Notes under the pieces: generated by a model
Seen by the model: only the letters and a program-made list of their open reading frames with translations
Told to the model about the DNA's origin: nothing
Databases searched by the model: none
Origin: Phaeosaccion multiseriatum
Lineage: Eukaryota; Protista; Ochrophyta, other classes
Length of the DNA stretch: 64,000 bases
Assembly: GCA_965112735.1 (NCBI GenBank)
Contig: OZ218954.1
Location: 4,278,001 to 4,342,000 of the forward strand
Direction of reading: 5' to 3'
Shown here: positions 55,801-64,000 of the stretch, one piece after another
How positions within the stretch are numbered: position 1 is the first letter of the stretch
Layout: every line of letters starts with the position of its first letter
Program-made: the position numbers and the translations under genes

Positions 55801-58693
55801 ACGCTTGTAGGACGGTTACTGGACGGTTACAACAGCGCCAATCAGTACGAACTAGGGCAGTTGCTTGTTCAGGACGTTGGCGACGGGTCGTTGGAGCTCC
55901 CCGCCCTGCTGGTGGAGGGGGTGCTGGCGGAGACGGATAGGCGCTTTAGTGAGCTTTATCATTTCGTTCTGGGGGCCCTCTTTGAGGGCAATGAGCTCGG
56001 GTGTACTCAGGTGTGTGTGTGTGTGTGTGGGTGGTGTGTGTGTGTGTGTGTAGGTGGTGGTGTGTGTGAGAGTCGTTTATATCGTGCATCCTTCAGCGCC
56101 TTCTCCCTCTCGTTATCCCCCCTCAGCACCCAATCTTCTCTAATCATCTGAGAACCTCCTCCCTCTTCGCATCCCCCCTGGGGCACCCCGAAATCACTAA
56201 ACCTCCTAACCCCGTCACTTTCCCACGCACCCACGCACCCACCCACCCACCCACCCAACGTCACCCACCCACCCACGCACCCTCTCACCTGCTCACGCAC
56301 GCACCCACACCCTCACTCACAGATGGCGAGTCACGTGATCGCCCCCCCCCCCCCTCCGATGGACCTCGACATCAACCAAATGGAGCACTGGGTCGCCCCC
56401 ACACCCCCGGGCAAGATTATGCTTGATCGGATGCGGGCCGCCGCCGGACAACTCGCTTCACTAGAGGCCGCCGCTGCTGCTGCTGTATCACCAACAGCTG
56501 ATGATAGAGGGGGTGTGGATACGGAGGTGTACGATTACAAGGGGGGGGCGGCGGCGGCGACGGCGGCGGAGACGCTGACACAAGGCTGCAAGGTGGGTGA
56601 GGTGATGAGCGTGTTGGTTGTTCATCCATGCTTGTGCTGTGCTGCTAACGGCTCGGTAAACACCCTTTAACGCACCCGTTAAGGGTTAACGCACGTGCTG
56701 ACCGCCCGTTAGGATCAGGTCAGGGTAGGGGGTGTCAGGACAGGACGGGGTCCTATCAACACCCGTTAAGACCCATTAACACCCAGTAACTACCCCAATG
56801 TGGTGCCATCCTTTCATCCTCAGGTGCTTAGCATGCTCTTCATGCATGGGGGCATCGCCACCAAGGAAATCGCTCTACGCATCTCTCTGCCAGACGATGA
56901 CTTCGACGACTTTGACGACGACCATCATAATGGCGCACCACCAACTGTTGGGGTCCGTGGTGGGGGTGGGGGTGGGGGTGCTACGTCTGCCACCACCCCG
57001 CTCCTCCCTTGCATCCTCAAGTGGCTGCAAATCGCGGTAGATCTCCTTCGCTCCGCCTCCTCTGCCTCCTCCACCTCCTCCTCCTCCTCCTCCTCCTCCT
57101 CCTCCTCCCTGCTATCATCATCAGCGGCAATCGCAGCGGCAGGCCCGTCTGATGCCGGTGATCAATCACATTCAGCAGCTGTAGGAGGAGGAAGAGGAAG
57201 AGGAGGAGGAGGAGGAGTTGGAGCCCTAGCCAGCTGTTGCCTCGGTCTCCTCCAGCTCGCATGCCGTTGGCTGCACCGCTGCCCTGCCGCTGCTCAGGAG
57301 CTACTTCAGTCTCCTCTGCTTCTCTTTGTGGTGGAGCTCGCCTCTGCAGATGGCAAACATAAACACAACCAACGGCTACACTCAGAGAGGGAGTCAGAGA
57401 AGGAGTGGGCCTTGGCCCTGACCGCGAGGGAGAGAGAGATGGTGAAAGGGTTGGCTTGCCTCACTCTGGGGCTTGTACTAGAGTATGTGGAGGACGATGC
57501 GTCCGAGCAGGAGCGTTACAGAAAACAGCACCAGCAGCAGCTGAAGCAGGGCGAGGAGCAGGAAAGGGAGAGGACCAGTACCGACGGTGCGAATGGAGGA
57601 GTTGGGGGTGTTAGTTGTGGTGGTGATGGTGGTGGTGGTGAGAGTGCACTATAAGCATCTCGGAGCTCCACCATATAGAGATGCACTAAGGAGTCGTCCT
57701 CCCTCCCTCCCCCCCTCCGTCCCTCCGTCCCTCCCTCCCTTCCTCCCTCCCTCCCTCCCTCCCTCCCTCCCTCCCTCTCTCCCTCTTTCCCTCCCTCTCT
57801 CCCTCCCTCCCTCCCTCTCTCCCTCCGTCTCTTCCCAGGTGGCGGGATGGCAGCGAATGGTGATGGTGATGGGGAGGCCGAGGAGCAGCAGTGGAATCGT
57901 ACTGTGGTGCTGTCTATGGTGGAGGCGAGGGTGGGACTAACGGCCTTTGTGGCGGCCATTGAGAGCGCCAGGAAGCTTTACATGACCGAGAGAGACAAAG
58001 AGGCCAAACGGCAACGCCTCCTTCAGCGCCAACAGCAGCAGCACAGCAACAGTAGTCGTAGTAGCAGATTCACAGATGGCAATAGAGGCACGAGTGTGTC
58101 ATCCGCATCATCATCATCATCATCAGGGCTGTTCCCCGTGGACCCGAACTTTGCGGCGCTTCTTGCGACTGCCGCCACCGAAGTGAGACGCAGGGTAATG
58201 TCTCACTTTACGGGGGGGGGGGGGAGGACGTGGGGGAGGAGGGGAACGTGGAGGGGAACGTGGAGGGGAAGGTGGAGAGGAAGGTGGAGAGGAAGGTGGA
58301 GGGGAAGGTGGAGGGGAAGGTGGAGAGGAAGGTGCGGCGCGATTGGCCTTGCTAAAGATGCAAGAAGAAGAGATTGAGGAGCTGCGGATGGCACTGGACA
58401 GCGCCGAGAGGAGGATTATCCTGACACCAGGCCATGACGAGAAGAGCATCATGGAGGAGGAGCTAAGAGACCAATTGGAGGACACTGAGAGGGCGCTGCA
58501 GAAGTCAGTGAAGGAGGGCAATCGATTACGGGAGGAGGTGGAGGCAGCTCGGGGGGAGAGAGCGATGGATGGAGCGGAGTTGCGGCACAGGGAGGAGGAG
58601 ATGGCGGGGCTGGGGGTGACGGTTACTATGTTGGAGCGGCAGCTGGCGGAGAGAGAGGCACAGGTGGGGAGGTTGGTGATACAACAACAACAA

Positions 58694-58736
<43 letters not shown>

Positions 58737-60772
58737 GGGGAGGGGGGGAGGGGCACGACGGAGCGGAGGAGCAAAGGGACGAGGGGAAGGAGGGGAATCA
58801 CACAAGCTTGCTGTATGATCAACTCGCGGAGATGCAGAAGCGGCTGGACGCTGTCGGTGCTCAACTCGACACAGAGCGGAGGGAAGCGTGTGCGGCAAGG
58901 TTGGAGGCTTCACGCGTGCTTGAGGAGCGGGCAGAGGCGGCGAGGGAGGAGGGGAGGGAGGAGGGGAAGGGTGTGGTGGTGAGTTTGGAGGAGGAGATGG
59001 AGAGGCTGAGGGAGAAGCTCAAGAGGGTGCGAGAGGGAGCCGGAAGGGGCTACGGTGGTGAGGAGGAGGAGGAGGAGGAGGAGGAGGAGCAAGCGGCGGG
59101 AGAGGGGGAGGAGGAGGGGGAGGAGAAGGCGGAACAGGAGTGCGCAGGGAGAGACGGAGGAGGCGGCAGGAGGAGCAGCATGATGCGATTCCAGCAACAG
59201 CAGCAGAAACGGGATCAAACGGAGCAACTGAATAAGGCAAAGGCGAAGGCGGAGGAGTTGGAAGGGAAAGTCGTGCAGCAGGAGAGGTGGCTCAGGGACC
59301 TGGAGGGCACCCTTGCAGGCAAAGTGGCAGAGGCGGAGGCCAAGGGGAGGGAGGCGGCACTGTTTCGGGAGAGAGCGGCAGCGGCGGAGGACGAGGCGGT
59401 GCGGACGGGGGCGCTGCTGGAGGAGGAAAGAGCGCTGCTGGGGAGGGTGAGGAGCGAGGCAAGGAGGGCTGGTGACCTACAGGTGAGTGAGAGGGAGGGA
59501 GGGAGGGAGGGAGGGAAAGAGGGGGTGTGAGGCCAGTTTTGCTTTTGAGCGTACCATTTCTCGAGGCCTTGGCTGAACTGAACGTGTGTCCACCCCCACC
59601 CCTGTTATACTTCCGTGCCCCGTTCTTGCCTCTGTGCTGCCCTCTGTACTGCCCTGATTGCCAGGAGGAGACTCTGCTGAAGCTGACGGAGGCGGCGAGA
59701 GCAGCAGCGTCGGCAACTGAGCCATCAGAGTCATCACCATCATCATCGGGCGGTGGTGATACGGCGGGGGAGGGTCGTCGCCAGAGCACGGAGCACATGC
59801 AGCAGATGCTCACGGAGGAGCTCGAGAAGGCTAAGGGAAGACAAGCCGAGCAGGTGAGGTACATGAGGGGACAGGGAAGTGGGGGGGAGAGGGGAGGGGA
59901 GGGAGAGAGTCAGAGAGAGAGGGATAGAGAGAGAGAGAGAGAGAGAGTGGGGGGGAGAGGGGAGGGGAGGGAGAGAGTCCGAGAGAGAGGGATAGAGAGA
60001 GAGAGAGAGAGAGAGAGAAAGGGAGAGGGAGTGGGAGAGGAAGAGGGAGAGGAAGAGGGAGAGGAAAGCGGAGAGAGAGAAGGAGGAGGAGGTGGAGAGA
60101 GGAGGGGAGCGGAGGGGAGGGGAGGAAAGAAGAGGAGAGAATAAGTAGAGGGAGCCTATCCCTCCTGTCCACTGCCATCCCTCCCTCTCTCACGACCCAT
60201 CCACTGCCATCCCTCCCGCCCGCCCTCACCTTACTTGCTTGCTTGATTGGCGACGACTATAACTTGGGGCACTTGGCAACGACTCACTCTTGACAAAAGC
60301 TGCTGCAGCTGGAGACAGAGGTGCGCGAGGCGAGTGCGAGGGCCGATCGACTGCTCAGGGAGAAGGAGGAGGCTGTGACTCGGGCAAGAAGAGAGGTGGC
60401 GGAGGAGTGGGAGATGAAGCTCTCTCTCGCGCAGGAGGAGTTAGGGACTGCTCGGGAGGAGGCCAAGCGCCTTCGGATGGCAGTGGACGGGCTCAGAGAG
60501 GCCTCCTGGAAGGTGAGTTGGAGTTTGAGTTTGCCTTGAGAGTTTCCTTTGAGTGAGAGTTGGGGTTTGAGTTGCGCCTTTGTGTGAAAGATGCTGATAT
60601 GGACCTGTTCATGAGACCTTACGAATATCGATCCATCCCCACGACCCATTATCGATATCGAATCCGAAAATTAACGAGACGGGTTTCTGTGCCAATCTGA
60701 GGGCGGCCCTCTTCACGGACTTACTTGTGTTGGAGAGGTCGAATAACCCGAACCTGAAACTGAAAACTCGTG

Positions 60773-60825
<53 letters not shown>

Positions 60826-61813
60826 GAAGGTGGAGGAGAGTACAGCGGCCCTTGAGGGGCAGCAGGAGGAGGTGAAGCGCTGGAAGGACGGTTACGAAGA
60901 CCTCATGCGCAATCATACGCAGCTGGAGGAGAGGTACGAGCAGGTCAGGCAGGAGGCGACCCAAGCACTAAACAAGGCGACAGAGCTCGAACAGAGGCAT
61001 ATGGGCGAGAGGGAGGAGGAGGCAGGCAGGGTGGACGCAGAGCGAGATGAGCTTGAAGCGAGATTGAAGGAGGTGCAGGGGTGGCTCGGGGCTTGTGAGG
61101 GGGAGAAGGAGGAGGTGGGGGGCGAGTTGGAGATGCTGAGGGCGCAGCACCGGCAGACGGTTGCGCAGTTGGACGGGGAGCGGCGACAGGGGGAGGAGAG
61201 GGTGAGGGCGTTGGAGCAGAGTGAAGGAGAGCGGCTCATAGCCATTGAAGAGGCGGAGTGTTTGCAGACTGAGCTGCAGCTCTTACGACACCAAGGAGGA
61301 GGAGGAGGAGGAGGAGGAGGAGGAGGAGGAGGAGGAGGAGGAGGAGAAGGAGGAAAAGGAGGCGGGGGAGAGGAGCGTTTCCGCGTCGAGGAGGAGCTCC
61401 AGGAGCTGAAGGACGAGCATTTGGACCTCCTGGCCATGCTCGCCCAGCAGGAGATGGTGAAGGAAGTGGCGTTGCAGCAGGTGGGACAGTGGGGGGGGGA
61501 GGAGGCCGTGGGGCAGGTCTTGCAGGCGGCCAGAGCGGCGGTGGTAGCCAGCTATGGCTTTTATGTTGACTATGATGAGGAAGAGGAGGAGGAGGAGGAG
61601 CAGCAGCAGGAAGAAGAAGGAGAAGAACAAGAAGAAGAACAAGAAGAAGAAGAAGAAGAACAAGAGGAGGAGGAGAAGGAGGAGGAGGAGGAGGGTCAAG
61701 GCTTTGCATATGGAGACGATGGAGGAGGAGGCAGTCGTCACCTACTCAAGGGAGGAGGTGGAGGAGGTGGTGGTGGTGGAGGAGGAGGATCGCAGCAACA
61801 GTACTGCCAATAG
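52839..61813 (+). CDS. USO1: Golgi vesicle tether USO1/p115
   Basis: Head motifs SDRRAAL, GLSRLMGILADSREEGVRNE, KFVAFQEGFERL, EGGSVIVRDCL; long coiled coil; ELKDEHLDLLAMLAQQE; acidic tail. Start exon 52839-52889 inferred; apparent frameshift at poly-G 58212-58224. Confidence 0.9.
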
Positions 61814-62216
61814 GAGGAGGCAAGGGGACGCCCCTGTTGTTGCCCTCGCTTGCATTGTGTCCTCGATTTGATTGAGGTGAAGTCAGTGATGTGCTTGTTG
61901 CCTTTTTTGGGTCAAGGGGGGCATACGCGTGCTCATATGCCTCCACATGTGTCCATACAACCTTTCCTACACTGTGGTGTGCGTGGAGACGTTGGTGGGT
62001 AGGTGTGTGGGTGTGTGCGTGGGTATATTTTGCTCCGTCCCAGGCTGTGTGTGTGTTGGGGGGGGGGGGGGGATTAGGAAGGTTTCTGAGCGATGCGAGT
62101 CGCCAGGGATGTACTGAAGTTCGACGGGCCAGGCCTGTCGCCACGCGGCAGCAACTAACGTGAACGGAAAGTATCGGGACTATTTACTGAAAACGGTAGA
62201 TGTCTCTTCGATGAAC

Positions 62217-63130
62217 CTCCTCTTCCTCCTCTTCCTCCTCCTCCTCCTCCTCCTCCTCCTCCTCCTCCTCCTCCTCCTCCTCCTCCTCCTCCTCCTCCTC
62301 CTCCTCCTCCTCCTCCTCCTCCTCCTCCTCCTCCTCCTCCTCCTCCTCCTCCTCCTCCTCCTCCTCCTCCTCCTCCTCCTCCTCCTCCTCCTCCTCCTCC
62401 TCCTCCTCCTCCTCCTCCTCCTCCTCCTCCTCCTCCTCCTCCTCCTCCTCCTCCTCCTCCTCCTCCTCCTCCTCCTCCTCCTCCTCCTCCTCCTCCTCCT
62501 CCTCCTCCTCCTCCTCCTCCTCCTCCTCCTCCTCCTCCTCCTCCTCCTCCTCCTCCTCCTCCTCCTCCTCCTCCTCCTCCTCCTCCTCCTCCTCCTCCTC
62601 CTCCTCCTCCTCCTCCTCCTCCTCCTCCTCCTCCTCCTCCTCCTCCTCCTCCTCCTCCTCCTCCTCCTCCTCCTCCTCCTCCTCCTCCTCCTCCTCCTCC
62701 TCCTCCTCCTCCTCCTCCTCCTCCTCCTCCTCCTCCTCCTCCTCCTCCTCCTCCTCCTCCTCCTCCTCCTCCTCCTCCTCCTCCTCCTCCTCCTCCTCCT
62801 CCTCCTCCTCCTCCTCCTCCTCCTCCTCCTCCTCCTCCTCCTCCTCCTCCTCCTCCTCCTCCTCCTCCTCCTCCTCCTCCTCCTCCTCCTCCTCCTCCTC
62901 CTCCTCCTCCTCCTCCTCCTCCTCCTCCTCCTCCTCCTCCTCCTCCTCCTCCTCCTCCTCCTCCTCCTCCTCCTCCTCCTCCTCCTCCTCCTCCTCCTCC
63001 TCCTCCTCCTCCTCCTCCTCCTCCTCCTCCTCCTCCTCCTCCTCCTCCTCCTCCTCCTCCTCCTCCTCCTCCTCCTCCTCCTCCTCCTCCTCCTCCTCCT
63101 CCTCCTCCTCCTCCTCCTCCTCCTCCTCCT
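62217..63130. repeat. About 0.9-kb (CCT/GGA)n microsatellite
   Basis: Direct reading; near-perfect. Confidence 0.98.
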
Positions 63131-63644
63131 GCGATAATCTCCTGCTGGTGCTGCACTTGTGCTGGTGCTGCTTGAACGAACGTCTCCCTCTTTCCTTGCT
63201 GCAGGGCCTCCCGGCCTCCCCTCCCCTCCCCTCCCCTTCCCCATGAGTTGCGGCCTCCTCAGGACATACTCACATAGTCACATAGGACAATGGCAAGGCT
63301 ACCATGGCACCATCACGTAGAAAGGCTTGTTGGTTGGGCAGCGCACACACACATACACACACACACACACACACACGCACGCACGCACACACGCACGCTC
63401 ACACGGACGGGGGTACAAAGCGTTGGATCGCGTTCGGCCATATTTTTCTATTCGGCTGCCATCCGTCTTCTTCAACCCCCGACCATCACCCCCCTCGTCC
63501 ATCTTATTCCCCTTCTCGGGCTCCTGCGACCCGTCCGCTTTAACCCTTCGTATCAGAACTCTACGATGGAGCCATGGAAAGGGCGCTCCTACTTCATACA
63601 AAAAGGAGCACGTAGCAGCAACAGGAGGACGGCTAATCTCAAGG

Positions 63645-63924
63645 ATGAAGATCTGTGCTGCGGCCCTCCTCGTGGGACTGCCACTCCTCGCGCAGGCCAG
63701 CTACTACGAGGGAAGCTCAGACGGCATATCTGGCCTCCCTCTTGAGCTTGAGGAGAGGGTGATCGAAGGTGATCGCCTCGCTCGCTCTCTCCAAGGAGCC
63801 TGGGAGGGTGCTTTTTGCTCGAGCGTGTGCACGACTGCCCAGCCGTGCTACGCGGATCCCACCTGCCTGGTCGGGGAAGAGTCTCTCGGCTGCAATGCGG
63901 CTGGCGCGGGCCAAGCCTGCCGAT
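63645..63924 (+). CDS. First exon of a secreted Cys-rich protein (continues beyond window)
   Basis: Signal peptide MKICAAALLVGLPLLAQA; module CSSVC...PCYADPTC...LGCNAAGAGQACR; GTAAGT donor at 63925. Confidence 0.7.
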
Positions 63925-64000
63925 GTAAGTGCGGGGGGCGCCAATGCTGATGCTGAAGAGGTTGCAGTGATGCTGCTGTGGTCGTGGCACCCAGCAGAAT

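Noticed and set aside
56645-56795. ACCCGTTAA-motif cluster as a MITE
   Set aside because: No clear termini or TSD; treated as a degenerate intronic repeat.
58212-58343. Programmed frameshift or pseudogenisation of USO1
   Set aside because: The frame change coincides with a 13-G homopolymer; a sequencing indel is simpler.
62155-63244. Poly-Gly, poly-Leu and poly-Arg ORFs of over 300 aa
   Set aside because: Stop-free by-products of the (CCT)n tract.

Overview
Intron-rich, microsatellite-laden eukaryotic DNA, most likely from an alga with a complex plastid (inferred from a triose-phosphate-translocator-family gene with a signal-peptide-plus-transit-peptide N-terminus). Most ORF-track entries are artefacts of (GGA/CCT)n, (GGGA)n, (CA)n and (GA)n repeats. 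Genes read by eye: two tandem paralogues with an unrecognised Cys-rich N-terminus plus SAM and all-Cys RING domains (one also with two KH domains); an SS18/SSXT-like + AP2 fusion protein; a plastid phosphate translocator; a GFA/CENP-V-type protein and a fragment copy; a large PEX8-like protein ending in a PTS1-like -SML; a DUF1295 membrane protein; a five-SAP-domain protein; an ankyrin-BTB triplication (one intact copy); USO1/p115; and the start of a secreted Cys-rich protein. The 37-53 kb region is a rearrangement-rich zone with a truncated condensin CAP-D2, a broken 2OG-Fe(II) oxygenase and RLE-type (CRE-like) retrotransposon ends. A MITE family with TCGACCCCT terminal repeats and 6-bp target duplications has three copies (13.0, 38.9, 45.0 kb). 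Two long fold-back inverted repeats (124 and 172 bp arms) both have 14-nt spacers. All domain calls come from motif recognition, not database searches, and exon boundaries are manual.
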